Source: Luteolibacter sp. (lineage in GTDB: Bacteria; Verrucomicrobiota; Verrucomicrobiia; Verrucomicrobiales; Akkermansiaceae). From it: DNA of 64,000 nt. The notes under the pieces were generated by a model. It did no database searches. It worked only from the letters and a program-made list of their open reading frames with translations, and was not told the origin of the DNA. Shown one piece after another: positions 1-9,565 of this stretch (positions are counted from its first letter, which is position 1; each line of letters starts with the position of its first letter). Location: contig JBLRWN010000009.1 in NCBI GenBank assembly GCA_047921195.1, forward strand, positions 396 through 64,395, given 5' to 3'. Made by a program: the position numbers and the translations under genes.

Positions 1-1
1 G

Positions 2-1861
2 GATCACCTCCGCACCCTCAACATCACCTCCCAACGCGGCCTCGGCGAAATGTTCGATGGCTCGGTCGGCGCGGGCACCGTGCTCTGGCCCTTCGGTGGC
101 AAGCACCAGATCACCCCGCCCGACGCCATGGTCGCCAAGCTGCCTTTGTTAGAGGGCGACACCGAAACAAGCACCCACATGGCCTGGGGATACGATCCCT
201 ACCTCTCCGAACAATCCCCCTTCCACGGCGCAGTCTATGCCGTCACCGAATCCGTCTGCAAAGCCGTCGCCTCCGGCGCGCGCCTCAGCGACATCCGCCT
301 CACCCTCCAGGAATACTTCCCCAAACTCGGCACCGACCCGAAGCGGTGGGGGTTGCCGTTCGCCGCCCTGTTAGGCGCGTTCCACGCCCAGCACATGCTC
401 CGCCTTGCCGCGATTGGCGGCAAGGATTCGATGTCCGGCTCGTTCAACGAGCTCGATGTCCCACCCACCCTCGTCTCCTTCGCCGTCGCGCCCGGCATGG
501 CAAGCCTCGCCCTCAGCCCCGAATTCAAAAAATCCGGCTCCACCATCTCCCTCGTCACCCTCCCGCGCGACGCCGACAACCTCCCCGATTTCGAAGCCCT
601 CAAAGAAACCGCCGAAGCGCTTCACCAGCTCAACCAGGACGGCAAGCTCCTCTCCCTCCACCACATCGGCGCTTCCGGCCTCGCCGCCGCCCTCGCCAAA
701 TGCTGCTTCGGAAACCGTATCGGCTTCCAATGGAGCGCGGACATCAGTCCGCCCGAAGTCACCCGCGAAGCCTATTTCACCTTCCTTCTCGAACACGAAC
801 CCGTAGAGGCGGATTGCATCCGCCAAGCCCTCCCATCCGTTCAGCATATCGGCCAAGCCACCGCCGATCCCACCCTCGTTCTCAACGGTGAATCCCACCC
901 GCTCACCGACCTTCAATCCGCATGGGAATCGACCCTCGAACCCGTCTACCCGACAAAGCCTGAGATCCCAGCCCGTGAATCGCAGATCATCGATGTTCCG
1001 CTCTTCAAATCATCCACAATCCATCATCCACGATCCCCGATCTCACGTCCGAGGGTCGTGATCCCCGCCTTTCCCGGCACCAACAGCGAATACGACTCCG
1101 CCAAAGCCTTCCGCCAAGCCGGAGCCGACGCCGAAATCCTCGTCTTCCGCAACCTCACTGCGAAACACATCGAGGAATCGCTAACAGCACTCGCCGCCAA
1201 AATTCGCCAATCCCAGATCCTCATGATCCCCGGTGGTTTCAGCGCCGGCGACGAACCCGACGGCTCCGCCAAATTCATCGCCACCATCATCCGCAGCCCG
1301 CGCGTGGCCGATGCCATCTTAGATCTCCTCAAAAACCGCGACGGACTCATCCTCGGCATCTGCAACGGCTTCCAGGCCCTCATTAAAACCGGCCTCGTGC
1401 CCTACGGGGAAATCTCAAATCTCAAATCTGATATTTCAAATCCGCAAGCGCCGACGCTCGTTCACAACACCCTCGGCCGCCACATTTCGCGCTACGCCCA
1501 CACCCGCGTCACCAGCACGCTCTCCCCGTGGTTTGCCAACAGCGTGCCCGGCGACATCCACGCTATTCCATTCTCCCATGGCGAAGGCCGCTTCTACGCC
1601 AGCGACGAAATCATTTCCCAACTCGCCGCCACCGGCCAGATCGCCACCCAATACTGCGACGAAAACGGCACTCCATCCATGGACATCACCCACAACCCGA
1701 ACGGCTCGCTCGGCGCCATCGAAGGCATCACCAGCCCGTGTGGCCGCGTCCTCGGGAAAATGGGCCACACCGAACGCGCTGGCACCCACGTCGCCAAAAA
1801 TATCCCCGGCAACAAACATCAGCCGATCTTCGAGGCCGGCGTCGCCTACTTCACCGCCTGA
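2..1861 (+). CDS. purL: Phosphoribosylformylglycinamidine synthase (large fused type), 5'-truncated by window edge
   Basis: Frame open from base 2 (DHLRTLNITSQRGLGEMFDGSVG); AIGGKDSMSGS, FPGTNSEYD, PGGFSAGDEPDG, LGICNGFQAL glutaminase Cys motif, HGEGR, GKMGHTER. Confidence 0.95.
   Translation, partial: DHLRTLNITSQRGLGEMFDGSVGAGTVLWPFGGKHQITPPDAMVAKLPLLEGDTETSTHMAWGYDPYLSEQSPFHGAVYAVTESVCKAVASGARLSDIRLTLQEYFPKLGTDPKRWGLPFAALLGAFHAQHMLRLAAIGGKDSMSGSFNELDVPPTLVSFAVAPGMASLALSPEFKKSGSTISLVTLPRDADNLPDFEALKETAEALHQLNQDGKLLSLHHIGASGLAAALAKCCFGNRIGFQWSADISPPEVTREAYFTFLLEHEPVEADCIRQALPSVQHIGQATADPTLVLNGESHPLTDLQSAWESTLEPVYPTKPEIPARESQIIDVPLFKSSTIHHPRSPISRPRVVIPAFPGTNSEYDSAKAFRQAGADAEILVFRNLTAKHIEESLTALAAKIRQSQILMIPGGFSAGDEPDGSAKFIATIIRSPRVADAILDLLKNRDGLILGICNGFQALIKTGLVPYGEISNLKSDISNPQAPTLVHNTLGRHISRYAHTRVTSTLSPWFANSVPGDIHAIPFSHGEGRFYASDEIISQLAATGQIATQYCDENGTPSMDITHNPNGSLGAIEGITSPCGRVLGKMGHTERAGTHVAKNIPGNKHQPIFEAGVAYFTA
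1410..1444 (+). repeat. Five degenerate 7-bp units inside purL (aaatctc aaatctc aaatctg atatttc aaatccg)
   Basis: Read directly; encodes part of EISNLKSDISNPQ. Confidence 0.7.
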
Positions 1862-1864
1862 CGC

Positions 1865-1890
1865 AGCCGGAGCCTCCGGCTCCGGTTTTC
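1865..1890 (+). terminator. Hairpin plus U-run after purL (also REP-like)
   Basis: ccggagcc-tcc-ggctccgg followed by tttt, 4 nt after the stop codon; the same core recurs near 53785. Confidence 0.6.
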
Positions 1891-2089
1891 CCGTACATTG
1901 GAACTTCCGGTTCCTGCAAAAACACACAACGCCCCATTCTCATTGGCAAGGCACCTCCATCGCAGCCTCTGCCCATGTTTTGAGCAGTTGTTCTTTGAGT
2001 TTCTGGTCATCAACGCTCTGCACGGCGGCATGCGAATCTCCTTTATTGAAGATAAATTTCCAGATGGGATTTCGTAACCATTTCCACAC

Positions 2090-3505
2090 GTGAAGTTTTA
2101 CCTCTCCCTATCTCTGCTGTTCTCCTCGCTGACGCCGCTGGTGCTCGCCGGGACCAAGCCCAACATCCTGTTCATCTTCTCGGATGATCAAAGCTACGAA
2201 GCCGTCGGTGCCCTTGGCCACACCGATATCGAAACGCCGAACATCGACCGCCTCGTCAAAAACGGAACCACCTTCACCCACGCTTACAACATGGGCGCAT
2301 GGCATGGCGCGGTGTGCGTGGCCAGCCGCACCATGCTCATGAGCGGTCGCACCCTGTGGCGAGCCCGCGATTTGGAAAAATCACTCGACGATGAAAGCCG
2401 GGCCGGCCGCCTTTGGCCGCAACGCATGGCAGCCCGAGGATACGAGACGTATTACAGCGGCAAGTGGCACGTCAGCACCGCACTGGATAAATGCTTCGAC
2501 CATGTCATCAACGGACGCCCGGGCATGCCGCGTGCGAGACGCGAGGCATACCATCGCCCGCCCGTCGGTGAACCCGATTCCTGGAGCCCGAGCGACCCCC
2601 AGCAAGGCGGGTTCTGGGAGGGTGGCAGGCATTGGAGCGAGGTGCTCGCCGATGATGGCATCACATTCATCGATCAGGCCGCCGAATCGGAAAAGCCATT
2701 CTTCATGATGCTCGCGTTCAACGCGCCGCACGACCCCCGCCAGTCGCCGCAGGAATATGTCGATCGCTACCCGCTCGATCGCATCAAGGTGCCGGAAAGC
2801 TTCCTGCCGGAATACCCGTTCAACGAGCAAATGGGTGCCGGTCGTGACCTTCGCGACGAGTTCCTCGCGCCGTTCCCGCGCACCGAAAACGCCGTCAAAA
2901 TCCACCGCCAGGAGTATCACGCGATCACCACCCACATGGACACCCAGATCGGCCGCATCCTCGACGCCCTGGAAAAATCAGGCAAGGCCGACAACACGTG
3001 GATCATCTTCACCTCCGACCACGGCCTTGGCGTTGGGCATCACGGGCTGTTCGGAAAACAGAACATGTATGATCACAGCCTGCGCGTGCCATTCATCGTC
3101 ACCGGGCCAGGCGTTGAGGCCGGGGCGAAAATCACAGCCCCGATCCACCTGCAGGACGCGATGGCCACCGCCATCGACCTCGCCGGTGCCGACAATAATG
3201 GCATCGAGTTCCAAAGCCTGCTGCCTCTTCTCAAGACTCAAAAGGGCGGACTCGACGCAGTCTATGCCGCATACACCGCAACCCAGCGTGCCGTCATCGA
3301 CGACGGCTGGAAGCTCATTCTCTACCCGAATGCGAAAACCGCACGACTCTTCAATCTGACCGAAGATCCCAAGGAAATCAACGACCTTGCCGCCGATCCA
3401 GCGATGGAAGGTCGCAAAAAAGCCCTCTACGCGAAGTTCCGCGAACTGCAGGCCCGCTACGGCGATGAGCTCGATCTCAATGCGGTTTTTCCAAGTTTGA
3501 AGTGA
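2090..3505 (+). CDS. Exported formylglycine-dependent sulfatase (S1 family)
   Basis: Signal peptide; KPNILFIFSDDQ, CVASRTMLMSGR (CxxxR), GKWH, TSDHG, GKQNMYDHSLRVPFI; GTG start. Confidence 0.9.
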   Translation: MKFYLSLSLLFSSLTPLVLAGTKPNILFIFSDDQSYEAVGALGHTDIETPNIDRLVKNGTTFTHAYNMGAWHGAVCVASRTMLMSGRTLWRARDLEKSLDDESRAGRLWPQRMAARGYETYYSGKWHVSTALDKCFDHVINGRPGMPRARREAYHRPPVGEPDSWSPSDPQQGGFWEGGRHWSEVLADDGITFIDQAAESEKPFFMMLAFNAPHDPRQSPQEYVDRYPLDRIKVPESFLPEYPFNEQMGAGRDLRDEFLAPFPRTENAVKIHRQEYHAITTHMDTQIGRILDALEKSGKADNTWIIFTSDHGLGVGHHGLFGKQNMYDHSLRVPFIVTGPGVEAGAKITAPIHLQDAMATAIDLAGADNNGIEFQSLLPLLKTQKGGLDAVYAAYTATQRAVIDDGWKLILYPNAKTARLFNLTEDPKEINDLAADPAMEGRKKALYAKFRELQARYGDELDLNAVFPSLK

Positions 3506-3508
3506 ACT

Positions 3509-5242
3509 ATGAAAATCCATCCGCTTCTCATTCCGTTGCTCTTCCTCACTCCGTTACAGGCGCAATGGTCGGTGATGGAGGATGATCCCCGGCCGCGCAA
3601 TCCGGCACGGTTGTTCGAGGTCTTCTCAAAGGAAGACTGGGCGAAAAGCAACTTCGCCACCGAAGAGGAATTGAAATGGTTCCGCGATGCGAAATTCGGC
3701 ATGTTCCTCCACTTCGGACTCTCGACGTTCATGAACGCGGAATTGAGCTGGGGTGTTTGTAATGTGCGCAAAGCCCCCGACACCGGCTCCGGCCCCTATC
3801 CCACTGAGGAGTGGACTGCGTGGATGGACGAATTCCATTTACCGGACTTCGATGCGGATAAACTCGTCCAGCACGCGATGGATGCCGGAATGCGCTACAT
3901 CGTGGTCATCGCCAAACATCATGACGGTTTTCACATGTGGGACACCGCGCTGTCCGAATTCAAGATCACCAACGCGCCGTTCGGCCGGGATTATCTCAAG
4001 GAAATCGCGGATGCCTGCCACAAGGCAGGGCTGAAATTCGGCATCTATTACTCCCAACGCGATTGGGTCCATCCCGACTACGATCCAGTCAACCACGAGG
4101 GCGAGCGGCATCGGCGCTACATCCAGTATCAATTCGATGCGGTGCGCGAGCTTTGCACGAAATACGGCAAAGTCGATGTGTTTTGGTTCGACGCGCTGTG
4201 GTGGGGTGGGATGTTCCATGCCGACATGTGGGATGCGGAAAAGCTCACCCGCATGATCCGCGAACTCCAGCCGGGCATCCTCATCAACAACCGGAACAGC
4301 CTGCCAGGCGATTTCGATACGCCGGAACATCGCATCGGCATGTTCCAAAACCACCGCCCGTGGGAAAGTTGCATGACGGTTTGCAAGACGTGGTCCTACA
4401 GCGACACACCGACGAAGTCGCCCAAGGAACTCATCAGCATGCTCGTGGGCACCCTGACGGGCGACGGCAACCTCCTCCTGAGCTGGGGACCGAAATGGAG
4501 CGGTCAATTCGCGGCCGACCAGGTTGATGCGCTCAAACAGGTCGGCGCTTGGGTGCGCCAAAACGAAGCGGCCATCTTCAGCACGCGCGGCGGCCCTTGG
4601 CACCCGGCGGAATGGGGTGGCAGCGTCCATCGCGCCAAGACGGTTTTTCTGCATGTGACATCGATGCCTCCAAGCGGAACTCTGGAACTGGTTGGCCTGG
4701 ATCCGAAGGTTGTGAAGGCCACGATTCACGGGGGGGCACACCTCGCGTTCGATCAGAAAGGCGGCAAGATGCGGATCTCGATTCCGACGGAACTGCTCGA
4801 CCCGATCTGCACCGTGGTCGAACTCACTCTCGATCGCCCCGTCACTCCCATCATCCCGCCGGTCGTTGAGCAATCCATCTTCAACGATCCGGCATACGGA
4901 CGGGTGATATCGGAAATCACCAACCCGGAAGTCATCACCGCGGATGGCGAGAAGAATCCACACACCATCATCGATCTTGGGGCTGCGAGAATGGTGCGCG
5001 GGATCCGCATCGAGCACACGAATGGCGCGAGCGAGGTCATGGTTGCGCTATCCCGGGATGGCCAGAAGTGGGAGGAAATCTCGATATCCGGCGATCTCTC
5101 CGATGCTTGGGAAATCCCGGTGACCCGATTCGAAGCCGGTGCGCATGTGCCCGGGCGTCAAGCGCGCTTCGTGAGGATCGAGCGGAAGCCGCATGCGCCC
5201 GGCGCACTCACACTGCGCATGGTTAGGGTATTCGGCGAATGA
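3509..5242 (+). CDS. Alpha-L-fucosidase (GH29) with C-terminal discoidin/F5-8-like module
   Basis: Signal peptide; WFRDAKFGMFLHFG, KHHDGF, VFWFD nucleophile region, PWESCMT; C-terminal IDLGAARMVRGIRI...ARFVRI. Confidence 0.88.
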   Translation: MKIHPLLIPLLFLTPLQAQWSVMEDDPRPRNPARLFEVFSKEDWAKSNFATEEELKWFRDAKFGMFLHFGLSTFMNAELSWGVCNVRKAPDTGSGPYPTEEWTAWMDEFHLPDFDADKLVQHAMDAGMRYIVVIAKHHDGFHMWDTALSEFKITNAPFGRDYLKEIADACHKAGLKFGIYYSQRDWVHPDYDPVNHEGERHRRYIQYQFDAVRELCTKYGKVDVFWFDALWWGGMFHADMWDAEKLTRMIRELQPGILINNRNSLPGDFDTPEHRIGMFQNHRPWESCMTVCKTWSYSDTPTKSPKELISMLVGTLTGDGNLLLSWGPKWSGQFAADQVDALKQVGAWVRQNEAAIFSTRGGPWHPAEWGGSVHRAKTVFLHVTSMPPSGTLELVGLDPKVVKATIHGGAHLAFDQKGGKMRISIPTELLDPICTVVELTLDRPVTPIIPPVVEQSIFNDPAYGRVISEITNPEVITADGEKNPHTIIDLGAARMVRGIRIEHTNGASEVMVALSRDGQKWEEISISGDLSDAWEIPVTRFEAGAHVPGRQARFVRIERKPHAPGALTLRMVRVFGE

Positions 5243-5279
5243 TCCAAAACACGCCGACAATCCCCACACCAATCGGACT

Positions 5280-5316
5280 GCGCAAAATCGAAGATTTTTT
5301 GCGCGAAATCGAAGAT
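5280..5316 (+). promoter_or_regulatory. Tandem direct repeat, 21-bp period (gcgcaaaatcgaagat / gcgcgaaatcgaagat), candidate XylR/AraC-type operator
   Basis: Read directly in the intergenic region upstream of 5462; matching reverse-complement pair at 8521-8555. Confidence 0.55.
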
Positions 5317-5461
5317 ATGAAGTTCTTTTTCCCTTTGGCCCGCAAAAGATTTGGTTAAACAAGGGCGCGCATCAAGAGCGACCGGCCGATATCAACACAG
5401 CGGCAAACCCACCAATCGATGACAGCAATATCCTGATCCCGCTGTATCCGAATCACATCCG

Positions 5462-7261
5462 ATGAACCTGATCATAGCTGATAAAAAAACCGTTCGGAGT
5501 GGCGGCGCCTTGATTGCGCTGACCTTGGGATTTCTCACGACCACAGTTGGTGCGCAGAATGCCGAAGCACCGGCCGCACCGGTGGCGGAAGTGGAGCACG
5601 TGATTCCACGCGACGCTCATGTGATCGCGGTGAATCAAGTGGGCTATGCGAAAGGCCGGCCGATGCGCTTTACCGCGCCACTTACGGATGATGGCGCGCC
5701 GTTTCTGGTGCGGGCTTCGACAGGGGGTGACGCATTGTTTCGCGGAGTGATCCACGGGCATCTCGGTGATTTTTCCGGCATCGAGGCATCCGGGGGGGAA
5801 TATGTGGTCGAAGTGCGGGGAGGGGGCTTGAAGGATACCGTGAGCGATCCGTTCCTGATCCTCGAAAATCTCTATCAGGATCAATTCTGGCAGGCGGCGG
5901 TGGACTTCCTCATCGATTCCCGTTCGGTGATCGGCACGCACGCCAGCGCATACGGCGGCTGCCCGTGGCGGGATGGCACCTACTATGATGCGATCGTGCC
6001 CTCGCTCGTGCTCTTCCACCTCGCCGATCCCGAGCGGGTGAAGGCAATGCCGAAACAGATCGACTGGGAGGCCGAAAAACAACGGGTGCTCGCGCCGGAT
6101 TTCGAATTCACCGAGAAAGACCCCGGCGCCAAGGGACTGATGGAATTCGTCAAGGCCTACTACGAGCTCGAACCGCCCGCCGCCAACGCGCCGGATGTGG
6201 TGAAGCTGATGCACTGGGGTGCTGGATTTTATCTCGTGAAGCCATTCACCCGCGACCCCTCGGGCGATCCCGATGGCCGCCGGATCCACGCGCAAACGAT
6301 CGAACAGGTTGCCTACGTCGTGTGGGCATGGCCAGTGCTGAAGGAGTGGCTGCCGGAGTCCTTTTACCGACAATGCCTCGAATTCTGTCTGGCGAACTGG
6401 GAGCCCTCGCTGGAAATCAGCAAATGGTGGCATCCCGAAACCTACCTCAAGCCCGAGGATCTGGTCGAAGGCAATCCGATGGGCGGATTGCTGCACCCAT
6501 ACAAAGGCCGCCACGCACCGGGCCACTCGATCGTTCCCAACCTGTTGATGCACGAGGTCGCCATGCGCGAAGGCCGCGGGGATGCGGCAATCTATCTCGA
6601 TGCCGCGGTGAAGCAGGCCGCGTGGATTGTCGAAAACATCGATTGGAACGATCCGCGCACCACCAAGGGGCACCGCATGAGTGAACATCGCACGATTCCG
6701 AATCTCGTCTGGCTTTTGCAGAACTACCCGGATCACGCCCCTGCCGGATTGCGGGAGAAAATCAATGCGTGGGCCGCAGTCGCCATCAGCCGGTCCGACA
6801 ACCTGTGGGACTACCGGCGGTATGATCTGGACGAGCATTGGTCGATTCCCAAGCTCAACGATGTCGGCAACCTGCTTTCGTTTCCCGCCATCGCCACTGC
6901 CGCGAGCTGGGTGATGGATGATGCCACGCAAAAAAACCGGCTGAAACAAATCTCGACCGCCGCGATCGACCACGTGTTCGGTCGCAACCCGCGCCTCGCC
7001 GCTGCGCCGCACAAGCCGGACTTCGGGTTTGCCGGCATCGAGCGCGGCTGGCCCAAAGGGTATCGGGACGACGTCTGCGCCCGGCTCGAACTCGTCCGTG
7101 GTTCGATCTCATCCGCACCCGGCAGCGAGATGTTTCCCTTCCACCCGGAAGGTGCGTTCCGCCATCCCGAAGGTTGGGTTAATTACGGAGCGGCATGGTG
7201 CATCAGCCTGGCGTATCTCCAGTTTGATGCGGCCGGAACGATTCCGAACGTCCGCCCGTGA
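5462..7261 (+). CDS. Exported protein with GH9-type N-terminal Ig-like domain and helical catalytic-like region; putative glycan-active enzyme
   Basis: Signal peptide; IAVNQVGY motif typical of GH9 N-terminal Ig domains; Trp/Asp/His-rich helical C-terminus; glycan-locus context. Confidence 0.55.
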   Translation: MNLIIADKKTVRSGGALIALTLGFLTTTVGAQNAEAPAAPVAEVEHVIPRDAHVIAVNQVGYAKGRPMRFTAPLTDDGAPFLVRASTGGDALFRGVIHGHLGDFSGIEASGGEYVVEVRGGGLKDTVSDPFLILENLYQDQFWQAAVDFLIDSRSVIGTHASAYGGCPWRDGTYYDAIVPSLVLFHLADPERVKAMPKQIDWEAEKQRVLAPDFEFTEKDPGAKGLMEFVKAYYELEPPAANAPDVVKLMHWGAGFYLVKPFTRDPSGDPDGRRIHAQTIEQVAYVVWAWPVLKEWLPESFYRQCLEFCLANWEPSLEISKWWHPETYLKPEDLVEGNPMGGLLHPYKGRHAPGHSIVPNLLMHEVAMREGRGDAAIYLDAAVKQAAWIVENIDWNDPRTTKGHRMSEHRTIPNLVWLLQNYPDHAPAGLREKINAWAAVAISRSDNLWDYRRYDLDEHWSIPKLNDVGNLLSFPAIATAASWVMDDATQKNRLKQISTAAIDHVFGRNPRLAAAPHKPDFGFAGIERGWPKGYRDDVCARLELVRGSISSAPGSEMFPFHPEGAFRHPEGWVNYGAAWCISLAYLQFDAAGTIPNVRP

Positions 7262-8456
7262 TGACATTGAAATGATCTTCCCGATAGCGGCTGGGGGTGG
7301 TGCCAAGCTGGCTGCGGAATGCGGAGGCCATGTATTCGGCGCTGCGGAAGCCCGCGCGCCCGGCGATCTCGCCAATGGGCAAATTGCTCAGGCGAAGCAG
7401 TTCGATCGCCCGGTTGACTCTGATGCGGCGGATTTCGCTGGCGGGAGTGAATGCCAGCGATGCGCTGAACTTCTGCTCAAGCCCCCGGCGGCTCAGGCCG
7501 GCATGTCGCGCAACATCCTCGACGGTGATCGGTCCGGTTGCCTCGCTACGGATGAACTGCAAGGCTTTGACAACCGCTGGATCCTCAACCGCAAGGGTGT
7601 CGGTCGATTGACGCACGGCAACGCCGAGCGGGGAGATGAGAACATTGGCGGGTGGAGCACCGTCCGGATCGTGAATCATTATGTCGAGTTCGCGTGCGGC
7701 GCGGTATCCGATTTCCGAAGCGGGCAGACGCACCGCGGAAATCGGCACTGGAGCGACCTCGCAGAACAGATCATCATCACTGCCACTGAGTACCGCGACT
7801 TCGAGTGGCATTGACAATCCGGCAGCTGCGCAAGCATACAGCAGTTCACGTGCGCTGCTGGTGTTCCAGACGAACGCGGCGAGCGGCTTTGGCTGGGCTG
7901 CGAGCCATGTTCCGAGCCGTTTGATATCGAGATTCCAATCCGGCTCGGCACCAAGGTTTGGCGGGGCCTCGAAGATCGGGCAAACGCATCCCGCATCCGC
8001 GAGTGCCTTGGCGAAGGCCTTCTGATGGGCCGTGACGTATTCGATGCCGACCAGGCTGAAGTATGCGAAATTGCGGAATCCGCGCTCAAGCAGATGTTGT
8101 GCCGCCATGGTTGCGGCGGCGCACTGGTCGGCCGATACGCGTGGAAAGTCGACGCCCGCCAGTTCGATTCCAGACACATTCACCACGGGCAGGCGCAAGT
8201 TTTCCAACTGATCCGCCAGCTCGGGAAAGCCAACCCGCGCAATTACGCCGTCGCCACGCCAGCCGTTCGGCAGCCAGCGTTGGCGTTGTTCGACGCCGCG
8301 CGGCTCGACGAACAACTGCCACCCGCCCTGTTCGCGGCTGTAGCGCTGGATTCCGCCGATCACATCGCGGCCCCACATCGTCGAGGTGTCCACCAGTACG
8401 GCGATCCTCAGGGCGGATCGTTGGATCGCGTGGCTACTTGGTTGGTGTTTCGACAT
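7203..8456 (-). CDS. XylR-type transcriptional regulator (periplasmic-binding-like N-terminus plus AraC HTH)
   Basis: RIAVLVDTSTMWGRDVIGGI, GDGVIAR, SGSDDD, VRQSTD, ITVEDVARHAGLSRRGLEQKF, GFRSAEYMASAFR..GTTPSRYR; start placed at ATG 8456. Confidence 0.9.
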   Translation of the reverse strand: MSKHQPSSHAIQRSALRIAVLVDTSTMWGRDVIGGIQRYSREQGGWQLFVEPRGVEQRQRWLPNGWRGDGVIARVGFPELADQLENLRLPVVNVSGIELAGVDFPRVSADQCAAATMAAQHLLERGFRNFAYFSLVGIEYVTAHQKAFAKALADAGCVCPIFEAPPNLGAEPDWNLDIKRLGTWLAAQPKPLAAFVWNTSSARELLYACAAAGLSMPLEVAVLSGSDDDLFCEVAPVPISAVRLPASEIGYRAARELDIMIHDPDGAPPANVLISPLGVAVRQSTDTLAVEDPAVVKALQFIRSEATGPITVEDVARHAGLSRRGLEQKFSASLAFTPASEIRRIRVNRAIELLRLSNLPIGEIAGRAGFRSAEYMASAFRSQLGTTPSRYREDHFNVITGGRSESFRPHQTGDTPG

Positions 8457-8520
8457 GGCGGGGGATTTCTCAATTTCGTATCGAAACCGGTCCATTGTCC
8501 AATACACAATCGTAGGGAAT

Positions 8521-8555
8521 ATTCGATTTTACGCATAAATTCTTCGAAAATGCGC
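8521..8555 (-). promoter_or_regulatory. Tandem 21-bp-period repeat between the divergent regulator and hydrolase genes, candidate operator
   Basis: ttcgattttacgc and ttcgaaaatgcgc; reverse complements match gcg(c/t)(a/g)nnntcgaa at 5280-5316. Confidence 0.5.
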
Positions 8556-8633
8556 AATTTCACAATTCATCATGAGGATCTCGCATCTTTTGGGCGGATG
8601 TTCACGTATGCTGAATCACCACCCCATCACTGC

Positions 8634-9416
8634 ATGAAAGCCCTGTTTCTTGTATTTTTATCAGTCGGAATCATCTGTGCGCAACCGCAACTTGAACGCT
8701 TTGATGTCGATGGCCATCAGGCGTTTCTTCAAGCCGCGGCGGAACCCGCCCCAGAAAAGCCATGGATCTGGTATGCGCCGAACGTCAACGGTAACTTCAT
8801 CCTCCTCAAACACCGGATATATACCGACGCGTTTCTCAACGCCGGCATCGCGATTGCAAGTTGCGACCTCGGCGAGGTGCGCGGCGCGCCGGGAAGCACT
8901 GCGAAGTTTTCCCAATTCTACAAGGAAATGGTCCATCGCGGATACTCCGCAAAACCAATCCTTCTGGGGCAGAGTCGCGGGGGAATGATGACCCTCGCAT
9001 GGGCGGTCCGCAATCCCGACAAGGTCACCGCATGGGTCGGCATCTATCCGGTGTGCAACCTCACCAGCTACCCGTTGTCGCGGTCGTCAATCGCAGCCAC
9101 CTTGGCTGATTTCGGAATGGATGAGCAGGGCATCCGCGCACGACTCGACGCATTCAACCCGATTTCCAACCTGGAGGGACTCGCCAAAAACAAGGTGCCG
9201 ATGTTCTCGGTGCACGGTGACAAGGACGCCATCGTGCCTCATGAGGAGAATACCATGTTGCTTCAGCGGAACTACGAAAGCCTTGGTGGACCGATCGAAG
9301 TAAAAGTAGTCCCTGGTGGCGGCCATGAGATCAGCCCCGCGTTTTTCGAATGCCAGGAACTGCTCGATTTCATTATCAAACACGCGGCTTCGGCCCGTAG
9401 CATGGAACTGCGGTAG
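8634..9416 (+). CDS. Exported alpha/beta hydrolase
   Basis: Signal peptide MKALFLVFLSVGIICAQ; GQSRGG nucleophile elbow, HGDKDAIVP, GGGH. Confidence 0.8.
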   Translation: MKALFLVFLSVGIICAQPQLERFDVDGHQAFLQAAAEPAPEKPWIWYAPNVNGNFILLKHRIYTDAFLNAGIAIASCDLGEVRGAPGSTAKFSQFYKEMVHRGYSAKPILLGQSRGGMMTLAWAVRNPDKVTAWVGIYPVCNLTSYPLSRSSIAATLADFGMDEQGIRARLDAFNPISNLEGLAKNKVPMFSVHGDKDAIVPHEENTMLLQRNYESLGGPIEVKVVPGGGHEISPAFFECQELLDFIIKHAASARSMELR

Positions 9417-9565
9417 ATACATCATGCCCTATCCGTGCGGCCCTTTCCCACCGAGACCATCACCCCGCATTTATGCAACACAATGAAAGCTTCGCTTCTG
9501 GACCGCTTTTCCGGGGCCAGACCCAAAGTCTTCGGACTTTTTGTATCGTTGCCTCATAACACGCT

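Noticed and set aside
5453-7012. 519-aa minus-strand ORF and similar long Arg/Pro-rich overlapping ORFs throughout
   Set aside because: Shadow frames of well-supported genes; no family motifs.
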